Below, piece by piece: positions 9,059 to 17,326 of a stretch of 57,493 nucleotides of DNA. The stretch comes from Candidatus Omnitrophota bacterium. Its GTDB lineage: Bacteria > Omnitrophota > Gorgyraeia > Duberdicusellales > 4484-171. A program made the position numbers and the translations under genes. Every line of letters begins with the position of its first letter. The first letter of the stretch is position 1. The notes beneath the pieces were generated by a model that saw only the letters and a program-made list of their open reading frames with translations, was not told where the DNA came from and made no database searches. Where the stretch lies: the NCBI GenBank assembly GCA_021735445.1, contig JAIPHA010000006.1, positions 1 to 57,493 of the forward strand, in the 5' to 3' direction.

Positions 9059-10237
9059 CTACCTCTTTTTAAGCGGAATTCCCAATATGTTTATAAACCC
9101 TTCTGCCCAATCTCTGCAAAACAGGTCTTTTTTCCCATAAGTAGCTAAACGTTTTTCATACAAAGAATACCGGGAACTTCTTTTTAAAGTAACAATGTTG
9201 CCTTTGTATAATTCCAGCTCAACCTTACCACTTAGCTTATTTGACGATTTATTGATAAAAGCATCCAAAGAATTTTTTAATTCATAAAACCACAGCCCAC
9301 GATAGGCAAGATCAGCATAATAAGATGAAACAATTTTTTTAAATTCCAGCATTTCTTTGCCAAACACCAATTCTTCTATTTCTCTTAAAGCTTTATAAAG
9401 AATCCAAGCCGCCGGAGCCTCATAAATTTCTCTCGATTTTATTCCTACTACTCTATCTTCGATTAAATCGGTGCGGCCAATCGAATGCCTCCCCCCGATC
9501 TTATTTAATTTTTCGATAATATTGGTTAAGGTTAAAGTTGTTTTGTTTATTTTTACCGGTTTGCCTTTCTGAAATTCAATCTCGACCCTTTCCGGCTTTT
9601 TTAAAGCAGCGTGAACGGATTTAGTTAAAATATAAGCCTCTTCCGGAACCCGGTTATTTAAATCTTCCAATAACCCCGCTTCGATACTTACTCCCCAAAT
9701 ATTTTTGTCAATACTGAATATTTTATTTTTTGTCGAATCTATTGGCAGGTTATTCTTTTTAGCATAATCAATTTCCTCTTCCCGGGAGCTCAACTCCCAA
9801 TTGCGCAAAGGCGCTATAATTTTTAAATCCGGGGCAAGAGATTTAATTGCCAATTCTAATCTTATTTGGTCATTACCTTTTGCGCTGCAACCATGAGCAA
9901 CATATCCGGCATTTTCGGATTTGGCAATATCAACTAAATATTTTGCGATCAAGGGCCTGCCTAAAGCGGTGCTAAGTAAATATTTATTTTGGTATAAGGC
10001 GCCTGCCTTAAGTGACGGTAGAATGTAATTTTGGGAAAACTCTTTCCTTAAATCTTTAACATAAATTTTAAAAGCTCCGCTTTTTTTAGCTTTGGCTCTT
10101 AACTCCTTGGGCGAAAACTCACTGCCTAAATTAGCGGAAAAACAAATAATTTCAAACCCCTTGTCTTTTAACCAATTAAGGCAACACGAGGTATCTAATC
10201 CTCCCGAATATGCTAAAATTAATTTTTGTTTTTTCAT
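9059..10237 (-). CDS. argG: Argininosuccinate synthase
   Basis: LAYSGGLDTS, AHGCSAKGNDQ.R, GIKSREIYEAP; start at MKKQK overlapping the argF stop (ATGA). Confidence 0.97.
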   Translation of the reverse strand: MKKQKLILAYSGGLDTSCCLNWLKDKGFEIICFSANLGSEFSPKELRAKAKKSGAFKIYVKDLRKEFSQNYILPSLKAGALYQNKYLLSTALGRPLIAKYLVDIAKSENAGYVAHGCSAKGNDQIRLELAIKSLAPDLKIIAPLRNWELSSREEEIDYAKKNNLPIDSTKNKIFSIDKNIWGVSIEAGLLEDLNNRVPEEAYILTKSVHAALKKPERVEIEFQKGKPVKINKTTLTLTNIIEKLNKIGGRHSIGRTDLIEDRVVGIKSREIYEAPAAWILYKALREIEELVFGKEMLEFKKIVSSYYADLAYRGLWFYELKNSLDAFINKSSNKLSGKVELELYKGNIVTLKRSSRYSLYEKRLATYGKKDLFCRDWAEGFINILGIPLKKR

Positions 10238-11163
10238 TTGTCCCAAATAAAAACGAGAATGGCTTTAGCCGCATGCAAACGATTAGCAGCTTGTAAAAAC
10301 ACCACCGAATTATCTCCTTCAAAAACTGAATCCGAAATTTCCTGATTGCGATGAGCCGGAAGGCAGTGCATAACGATATTATCTTTTTTTGCCTTCTTTA
10401 GGATTTTATCATTAATTTGAAAATTTTTAAAGATTTTCTCTCTTTGTTTTATCTCTTGCTCCTTGCCCATCGAAGCCCAAACATCGGTATAAAGAACATC
10501 GGCTCCTTCTGCCGCCTCTTCGGGAGAACTGCTAATAACTAAAGAGCCTCCGCTTTCGTTAAATTTAGCCTCCATTTGGCTAATAATTTCCGGTTTTAAA
10601 AAACATTGCCGGGGAGCAGCTATCCTTAAATTACCCCCTAATATTGAAAAAGCGTTCATCAAAGAACTACAAACATTATTCATATCTCCAATGTAGGCAA
10701 CTTTAATTTCTTCGATCCTTCCTTTTAATTCTTTTAAAGTAAGTAAATCGGCTATAATTTGAGAAGGATGCAATAAATCGGTTAAGCCGTTTACTACCGG
10801 AATAGAAGAAAACCGAACAAACTCCAAGATGTCCTGATGAAAAAAAGTACGCAACACTGCTATATCTAAATATTGAGAAAGTGTCCGGGAAACATCGCGA
10901 ATTTCTTCTCTTTGGCCAAGGCGGATTTCTTCCGGGTCATAATAGATAGCGCCGGCACCTAATTGCTGGGCTCCCAAATAAAATGAAGTTTTAGTCCGCA
11001 AAGACGGCTTTTGAAACAATAACCCTACATGCTTACCCGACAAAAAGCTGCTAAAATCCTGAGGATAACTTTTTATCTCCTCAGCCAAGTTAACTAAATC
11101 TATAAGCTGGTGCTTACTAAAATCCTTTAAGGTGATAAAGTTTTTTTTATTCATACAACTCAA
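10234..11163 (-). CDS. argF: Ornithine carbamoyltransferase
   Basis: FQKPSLRT, HPSQ..ADL.T, YTDVWASMG, MHCLPAHR. Confidence 0.95.
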   Translation of the reverse strand: MSCMNKKNFITLKDFSKHQLIDLVNLAEEIKSYPQDFSSFLSGKHVGLLFQKPSLRTKTSFYLGAQQLGAGAIYYDPEEIRLGQREEIRDVSRTLSQYLDIAVLRTFFHQDILEFVRFSSIPVVNGLTDLLHPSQIIADLLTLKELKGRIEEIKVAYIGDMNNVCSSLMNAFSILGGNLRIAAPRQCFLKPEIISQMEAKFNESGGSLVISSSPEEAAEGADVLYTDVWASMGKEQEIKQREKIFKNFQINDKILKKAKKDNIVMHCLPAHRNQEISDSVFEGDNSVVFLQAANRLHAAKAILVFIWDK

Positions 11164-12316
11164 AAACGCTTTCTAAAATCCCGATTCCCTTATCGATTTC
11201 TGCTTTATTAACGTTTAAAGCCGGCATAATCCTTAAAATGTTCCCTTGAGTCGAATTTACAATCAGGCCTTTCTCTAACGCTGTTTTAAAAATCGGAATA
11301 GTCGGCCGGCTGCATTCGACAGCCTGCATAAGCGCCACTCCTTTTACCTTTTTTATTGAAGAAAATTTATCTTTTAACTTCAAGAGTGATTTTTTTAAAT
11401 AACTCCCTTGTTTCCTTACGTTATCCAAAATTTTTTCTTCTTTTATAATATCAAAAACTTCACTGGCGACTCTGGTCACAAAAGGCGAACCGCCAAAAGT
11501 AGAAGCGTGCATGCCGGGTTTTATTATATCAGCGATTCTTTTTTTAACAACTACAGCCGAAATAGGAACACCTGCCCCTAAACCTTTAGATAGAATTAAA
11601 ATATCGGGCGTCAAATTATAATGTTGATAACAAAACATTTTGCCGGTCCGGCCCATCCCGGTTTGAACTTCATCGATAATCAGCAATATTTTATTCTCCC
11701 GGCAAAATTTTGCTATTTTTTCCATATAAACTTTTTCAGCGATGTTAACCCCGCCTTCTCCCTGGATTAACTCTAAAAATATCGCTGATGTTTTCGGGCC
11801 AACTTTACTTTTTAGATGGCCGAAATCATTAAACTTTGCCTCTTTAAATCCGGACAGCAGCGGTTTAAAATATTGCTTGTATTTTTTTTGCCCTGTTGCC
11901 GATAACGCTCCAAAGGTCCTGCCATGAAAAGAATTTTTCATAACCACTATCTGGTTGTCACCCGGCCGCCAAAGACGGGAAAATTTAATCGCCGCCTCAA
12001 CCGCCTCTGCCCCCGAATTAGCGAAAAATAGTTTTGACCTAAAACTGAGTTGGCTGATTTTTTTAGCCAGCAACGCTTGCTCTGAAGAAAACAAATTATT
12101 CGGTAAATGCAAAAGTTTTTTTGCCTGGCTGTTAATAACTTGAGTTAAACGCCGATGGCAGTGCCCCAAAATAGAGACACCCCAGCCGGGAAATAAATCC
12201 AAATACTTATTCCCTTCCTGGTCCTCCAACCAACTGCCTCTACCTTTTACAAAAACCGGCCCCTGGCGGCTATAAGTATTTAAACTGTACTTTTGATATA
12301 GTGTTTTTATATCCAT
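11147..12316 (-). CDS. argD: Acetylornithine aminotransferase
   Basis: Class III aminotransferase: NSGAEAVEAA.K, SFHGRT, DEVQTGMGRTG, HASTFGG; within the arg block. Confidence 0.93.
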   Translation of the reverse strand: MDIKTLYQKYSLNTYSRQGPVFVKGRGSWLEDQEGNKYLDLFPGWGVSILGHCHRRLTQVINSQAKKLLHLPNNLFSSEQALLAKKISQLSFRSKLFFANSGAEAVEAAIKFSRLWRPGDNQIVVMKNSFHGRTFGALSATGQKKYKQYFKPLLSGFKEAKFNDFGHLKSKVGPKTSAIFLELIQGEGGVNIAEKVYMEKIAKFCRENKILLIIDEVQTGMGRTGKMFCYQHYNLTPDILILSKGLGAGVPISAVVVKKRIADIIKPGMHASTFGGSPFVTRVASEVFDIIKEEKILDNVRKQGSYLKKSLLKLKDKFSSIKKVKGVALMQAVECSRPTIPIFKTALEKGLIVNSTQGNILRIMPALNVNKAEIDKGIGILESVFELYE

Positions 12317-12408
12317 TAGGCTTCTTTATGTTTATTCTTTATTTTCTCTAGTTATCTGCGTTTTCTGTAAATCTTACTATTACTTGCGTTCTGTGTTCCC
12401 TGTGGCGA

Positions 12409-13257
12409 TTACTTAACTATTTCTGTACATATACCTTGTTTGGTAAATATTTCAAGCAATAATGCATGAGATATTTTTGCATCCACGATATGAGCCTTTT
12501 TAACTCCGGACTCGACAGCGGAAGCCGCGGCCCTGATTTTTGGAATCATCCCTTCGGATACTATTTGATTTTTGATAAGGGCTTCGGCCTGAGACAAGTT
12601 AATTGTTGAAATCAAAGAATCCTCATCCTTAGAGTTCCGCATTACTCCGGGAACATCGGTTAATATCACCAATTTTTCCGCAGCAAGCTTTGAAGCTAAA
12701 AAATAAGCTACTTCGTCAGCGTTGATATTAAAAGCTTCTCCTTCTTTAGAAAGGCCCATCGGACAAATTACAGGGATGCTGCCTGCCAAAACTTTCTCCA
12801 ACTGTTCTCTATCAAAGTCAATGATATTGCCTACATAACCTAAATCGATATCAGCTTTTTTCTTTTCTACCTGAAGCAGCGCATTTTGCCTTCTGAATTT
12901 CTTTGTTTTAACTGAATGCGTCTCTATCTCGTTAGCTATCAAACTATTTAAATTATTCAACTCTTCTTCTACCACTGCTAAGGTTTTTTTATCGGTAACC
13001 CTCATGCCTTGGAAAAAATCTGTTTCGATGCCGGATTCTTTTAACTTTTCGGTTATATTGGGGCCTCCCCCATGGACAACTATCGGGCGAATACCCGCAA
13101 ATTTCAAAAAAGCTATATCCTCAAGCACAGAGCTGCGCACCCTCTCTTCGCCCAAAATAGAACCGCCATACTTTATAACAAAAATCTTTTTATGAAACTT
13201 CTTTATATACGGCAAAGCCTCTATCAAGATATCTGCTTTTTTTATTGCTTCTTTCAT
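12409..13257 (-). CDS. argB: Acetylglutamate kinase
   Basis: LIEALPYI, VIKYGGS, VHGGGP.I, G.RVTD, NINAD, GMIPKI, LLEIFT. Confidence 0.97.
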   Translation of the reverse strand: MKEAIKKADILIEALPYIKKFHKKIFVIKYGGSILGEERVRSSVLEDIAFLKFAGIRPIVVHGGGPNITEKLKESGIETDFFQGMRVTDKKTLAVVEEELNNLNSLIANEIETHSVKTKKFRRQNALLQVEKKKADIDLGYVGNIIDFDREQLEKVLAGSIPVICPMGLSKEGEAFNINADEVAYFLASKLAAEKLVILTDVPGVMRNSKDEDSLISTINLSQAEALIKNQIVSEGMIPKIRAAASAVESGVKKAHIVDAKISHALLLEIFTKQGICTEIVK

Positions 13258-13343
13258 AATCACAGATTACACAAAATCCAGATATAATTAGATTTTACAA
13301 AGTACACAAAAAAAATGTTTACTTTAGCCATTTTTAAATTAGG

Positions 13344-14447
13344 TTAATTATATTTGGCGTTTATTTTTACATATTCAGGGCTAAGATCACAAGTGTAAAT
13401 TCGCCAATTACACTTTCCCCTATTTAAATCTACTATAATATTAACATCTTTTTTGGTCAAAGAACCAAATTTTATCTTTAAATCTTTTTCGTTTAGCTTA
13501 ATTTGAGCTTGGCCCAGCACCGCAACGATTCTTCCTACATTAGGATTATTCCCGTAAAGGGCGCACTTAAATAAAATGTAACCTGATATTTTTTCAGCTA
13601 TCATTTTAGCTTCCTTCTTACTTTTGGCGCCCCGGATATCAAGCTGCACAAACTTAGTTGCGCCTTCTGCATCTTTAACTATAAGCCTTGCAAGATCAAC
13701 CATAATTTTTTGAAATTCAATAAAAAACTTTTTTTGCTCTTGTTTAGATAAAGAAACCTTCTTGCTTGATGCCACAAACAAAGAATCATTAGTGCTTTCT
13801 GCTGCATCGATATTTATCGCATTGAAGCTTTTTTCCACCGAATCTTTTGCCTGTTTTTTTAAAATGCCTAAATTAATATCAGCATCAGTTAAAACAAAGG
13901 CTAACATTGTGGCTAAATTAGGTTTTATCATCCCAGAGCCTTTGGCCACCCCTGTAATAGTAACCTTTTTTTTACTAAAGTTTATGGTTTTAGAAATAAC
14001 CTTGGGGTGAGTATCTGTTGTCAAAATACTTTTTGAAAATTTATCTGAATTATCTTCTAAATTTTTTATAAGCTTTGGAATGTTTTTTATAATGTTTTTT
14101 TTCATTAATTTTTTCCCGATAATCCCGGTTGAGGCAAAAAGGACTGTTTCCTCTCCCACCTCTAACTGCTCAGCAAGTTTTTTTGTTATCTCCTCTGTAT
14201 CCCGGTAACCTTCTTTATGTGAAAAGCAATTGGCATTGCCGCTATTTACCAAAATAGCAGAAACAGGGTTTTTAATGTTTTTCTTTGACAAAGAAACCGA
14301 ATAAGAAACATTACAATTAGTTGTAAAAAATCCAATAACCCGATAAGGTTGTTTAAATAAAATTAAACCTAAATCATAGTCATTTTTTTTAATTCCGCAA
14401 CTTACCCCTGCGGCTAAAAAGCCTTGTGGAAGTTTGTAGTGTTTCAT
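13344..14447 (-). CDS. argJ: Ornithine acetyltransferase ArgJ
   Basis: NSGNAN, ASTGIIG, ILTTDT, AKGSGMI.PNLATML (autoproteolysis site), DAEGATK. Confidence 0.95.
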   Translation of the reverse strand: MKHYKLPQGFLAAGVSCGIKKNDYDLGLILFKQPYRVIGFFTTNCNVSYSVSLSKKNIKNPVSAILVNSGNANCFSHKEGYRDTEEITKKLAEQLEVGEETVLFASTGIIGKKLMKKNIIKNIPKLIKNLEDNSDKFSKSILTTDTHPKVISKTINFSKKKVTITGVAKGSGMIKPNLATMLAFVLTDADINLGILKKQAKDSVEKSFNAINIDAAESTNDSLFVASSKKVSLSKQEQKKFFIEFQKIMVDLARLIVKDAEGATKFVQLDIRGAKSKKEAKMIAEKISGYILFKCALYGNNPNVGRIVAVLGQAQIKLNEKDLKIKFGSLTKKDVNIIVDLNRGKCNWRIYTCDLSPEYVKINAKYN

Positions 14448-14465
14448 TATCTTGATGGATTTTCT

Positions 14466-15491
14466 CTACAAAGAAAGAAGCCCCGTAGTCTCTTTGAAGC
14501 CAAGCATCAGGTTCATGTTTTGAATTGCCTGGCCCGCGGCTCCTTTAATTAAATTATCGATAGACGAAATTACTACCGCCTCAAAACCTTTTTTATCTAC
14601 AGCAAAACCTATATCACAAAAATTTGTCCCTGCCACATCTTTTATTTTAGGAATTTTGCGATTAATCCGGATAAAGGGGCTCTGGCGGTAATACTTATTA
14701 TAAATTTTATTCAATTTATCTTTGGTGACCTTTTTTGCGCAAGAAAAATGAATAACAGAATAAATCCCTGCTTCAAAGCCAGCCACTTGAGGAAGAAAAG
14801 AAAAAGTTAAAGAACCGGTTATTTTATCTTTTAAAACTTCAGTAAACTCGGGCTGATGCTGATGGACAAACGGCTTATAGGCCCAGAAATTGTTAGCTAC
14901 ATTGGAATAATGATTCTCTATCACAGCTTTGCGGCCGGAGCCGCTAATTGCTGACTTAGAATCGATTACAACCTTGCCTGTGATCAGTTTCTCCGACAAC
15001 AAAGGGTACAAAGCAAGTATAATCGAGGTCGGGTAACAACCTGGGTTGGCTAACAACCGCGCTCCTTTGACTTTATCTTTAAATAACTCCGGCAAACCAT
15101 AAACAGCTTTTTTTAAATTTTGTTTATCTTGGTGTTTCTTTTTATATAACCTTTCATAAAGCTGAGCCTTTTTGAAACGGTAATCTGCTGAAAGATCAAT
15201 TACCTTTTTGCCTTTTTTTAAAATTTTAGGAACAAACTGCATTGAAACGGTATGAGGCAAAGATAAAAATAAAAGGTCACAAACACCGGCTGCTTTTTTA
15301 ATATCAAGAGGCTCGCATTTTATTGAAATTTTTTTATAAAACTTAGGAAAAATGTCTGAATAAAGTATTTTATTTTTAGTTCTTGACCCCAGGTAAGAGA
15401 GTTCTACCTTTGGGTGAGATAATAAAATATCCACCAGTTTTTCCCCAGTAAAGCCTGTCGCTCCTAAAACACCTACCTTAATCATAACCAA
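14466..15491 (-). CDS. argC: N-acetyl-gamma-glutamyl-phosphate reductase
   Basis: GATGFTG, DLSADYR, YGLPEL, ANPGCYPT, DNLIKGAAGQA.QN.N. Confidence 0.97.
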   Translation of the reverse strand: MVMIKVGVLGATGFTGEKLVDILLSHPKVELSYLGSRTKNKILYSDIFPKFYKKISIKCEPLDIKKAAGVCDLLFLSLPHTVSMQFVPKILKKGKKVIDLSADYRFKKAQLYERLYKKKHQDKQNLKKAVYGLPELFKDKVKGARLLANPGCYPTSIILALYPLLSEKLITGKVVIDSKSAISGSGRKAVIENHYSNVANNFWAYKPFVHQHQPEFTEVLKDKITGSLTFSFLPQVAGFEAGIYSVIHFSCAKKVTKDKLNKIYNKYYRQSPFIRINRKIPKIKDVAGTNFCDIGFAVDKKGFEAVVISSIDNLIKGAAGQAIQNMNLMLGFKETTGLLSL

Positions 15492-15526
15492 CCTCTTTAA
15501 TCTACCGCTAATAAACTTGCAAAAAA

Positions 15527-15557
15527 GTATAATAAACGAAAAAACCTAAGCAGTCAA
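15527..15557 (-). promoter_or_regulatory. Probable sigma70 promoter of the arg/lys block
   Basis: TTGACT (15557-15552), 17 nt, TATTAT (or TATACT at 19 nt) upstream of argC. Confidence 0.55.
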
Positions 15558-15595
15558 TATAAATTAGGTTGATTGAAGGTTCCCACTCATTGCGA

Positions 15596-15658
15596 GCGGA
15601 AAATGCCAGTCTATAAGTAATTGGTTAACAAGGGCTTATAAATGAGGGAAACGTCCCC
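15596..15658 (-). repeat. Single copy of a ~63-bp REP/MITE-like composite repeat
   Basis: Ungapped 47/63 match (hand count) to 52151-52213; begins GGGGACGTTTCCCTC immediately after the DUF192 stop codon. Confidence 0.85.
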
Positions 15659-16027
15659 TTATTTTATGAGGGTGGAGGTTAGAGGTGTTATTTTGATTTT
15701 GTCGCCTATTTGAGCTTTAACTTGGCTGATTTTGGCTGAAGGCAGCTCAATAGTAACGTAGGCGCCTGGGCAAAAAACCGCTCTCCAGGGAGGCAGGGAA
15801 TGGACTATCCGCTTTACCGCCATCTGCTTATTTAAAAATATAATATCGATGGGAAAACGCATAAAAAAAGTATGTATCGAAGGGGCTTGATAAAAAATAA
15901 GGGCTTGATTTGTTCCTATTTTTTTCCTAAACATTAAACCCCAAAGCCTCAAAAAAAATCCGGAGGCAACCTGGGCAGAACTGACTAAATCTATTTCCTT
16001 AGTTTCATTTATTATTTTAAACTTCAT
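15659..16027 (-). CDS. DUF192 family protein
   Basis: R.WGLMFR, IHTFFMRFPIDIIFL, PW, IELP pattern. Confidence 0.85.
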   Translation of the reverse strand: MKFKIINETKEIDLVSSAQVASGFFLRLWGLMFRKKIGTNQALIFYQAPSIHTFFMRFPIDIIFLNKQMAVKRIVHSLPPWRAVFCPGAYVTIELPSAKISQVKAQIGDKIKITPLTSTLIK

Positions 16028-16041
16028 CTAACTGCTAAATC

Positions 16042-16227
16042 CTAAAATCTGAAGAAAAAATCTATGAATGGATCGCCGGATTTTCGATCTATCTTTTTTA
16101 ACTGATACCCGATATAAATAGATACCACCCCTAAAACAATTAATACTGCCGCGATAATTAAAGACAATAAAGGCGGATAAACCGCAATTAAAATACCCGC
16201 TAAAAGAAACATAATTCCTAAAACCAT
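16042..16227 (-). CDS. Small two-TM membrane protein (DUF3096-like)
   Basis: Two hydrophobic helices (AGILIAVYP.LL); strong SD (GGAGG) overlapping the upstream stop. Confidence 0.65.
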   Translation of the reverse strand: MVLGIMFLLAGILIAVYPPLLSLIIAAVLIVLGVVSIYIGYQLKKIDRKSGDPFIDFFFRF

Positions 16228-16229
16228 AA

Positions 16230-16877
16230 TTACCTCCTTGTTTCTATAAAATTTTTCATATATTCAGGCACGCCTATTTTTATAACAATCCGCTCTCTGC
16301 TTACCGGGTGCCTCAACTGAAGCCAATAAGCACAAAGGGCTAATTTATTAAATTTTATCATGAAATCGCGCCGGAAGGCATATTTTTTCTCTCCAAGAAT
16401 TGGGTGCCGGGCTTGCGCCAAATGAATCCTTATCTGATTAGTTCTGCCGGTTTTGGGAATAAGCTCTAAAAAATCAAATCCTTCACGCCTCTCCAGAACC
16501 TTATAAAACGTTTCGCTTTCTTTTGGTTTTTCCTTAAATCTTCTGCCCTCTTTATCAAGAATCAAGCCTCTAAATGTCCCTTTACCTTTTTTAAAATTAC
16601 CTTCGGTTAACGCCAAGTATTTTTTTTTAACCTCTCTTCTTTGAAATTGGCCGGTAATATTTTTATGAACTTTTTTATTTTTCGCATAGATAATTAAACC
16701 CTGAGTGTTTTTATCTAAACGATGGCATATATATATTTTTTCTTTCAGGTGCTTTTCCAACAAAGAAGTTAAAGTCCGTTTTTCCTTTTTTGGGCCGGGT
16801 TGGACCACTATCCTGGCTATTTTATTTAAAACCAAAAAATATTGATCATCAAATACAATATCAAAAACATTATTCAT
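16230..16877 (-). CDS. RluA-family pseudouridine synthase (no S4 domain)
   Basis: HRLD catalytic motif, VKKKYLA, TGRTNQIRIH, HPILG. Confidence 0.9.
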   Translation of the reverse strand: MNNVFDIVFDDQYFLVLNKIARIVVQPGPKKEKRTLTSLLEKHLKEKIYICHRLDKNTQGLIIYAKNKKVHKNITGQFQRREVKKKYLALTEGNFKKGKGTFRGLILDKEGRRFKEKPKESETFYKVLERREGFDFLELIPKTGRTNQIRIHLAQARHPILGEKKYAFRRDFMIKFNKLALCAYWLQLRHPVSRERIVIKIGVPEYMKNFIETRR

Positions 16878-16888
16878 AATTCATGTAA

Positions 16889-17272
16889 TTAATAATGCAA
16901 AAAGACTTCTTTTATTTTTTCTTTTAATTCTTCTATCTGGACCGGTTTTGTAATGTAACATTCAACATAGAGCTTAGCCGCTTTTATTTTCGTAGCATCA
17001 TCAATCTTTGCGCTCAAGATAATTACCGGAATATCCAGGGTATTTTTTGAATTTTTGATTTTTTCTAAAATTTCAATTCCGTCAACCTGCGGCATCATTA
17101 TATCTAAAATTATTAAGTCAGGTTTATATTTGAGCGCCGACTTAAAAGCATCTTTTGCCCTGGTTACAATAAAAACCTCATAATTTTCTTCTATCTCAAG
17201 GTTAGCCTTTAAAAAATAAGTTAAATCCTCCTCATCGTCTACTACTAATATCTTTTTTCTTTGATCCTTCAT
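16889..17272 (-). CDS. Single-domain response regulator (CheY-like receiver)
   Basis: ILVVDDE, PDLIILDIMMP..DG, PVIILSA, YITKP. Confidence 0.93.
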   Translation of the reverse strand: MKDQRKKILVVDDEEDLTYFLKANLEIEENYEVFIVTRAKDAFKSALKYKPDLIILDIMMPQVDGIEILEKIKNSKNTLDIPVIILSAKIDDATKIKAAKLYVECYITKPVQIEELKEKIKEVFLHY

Positions 17273-17326
17273 TGCTTACCTCCCTGTCTTTTTTTAAATG
17301 GCATCCTTTCGCTAAAATTATCAACT

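Noticed and set aside
15492-15600. ARG box, T-box or riboswitch upstream of argC
   Set aside because: No TGAAT-N-ATTCA palindrome, T-box motif or room for a riboswitch after the predicted promoter
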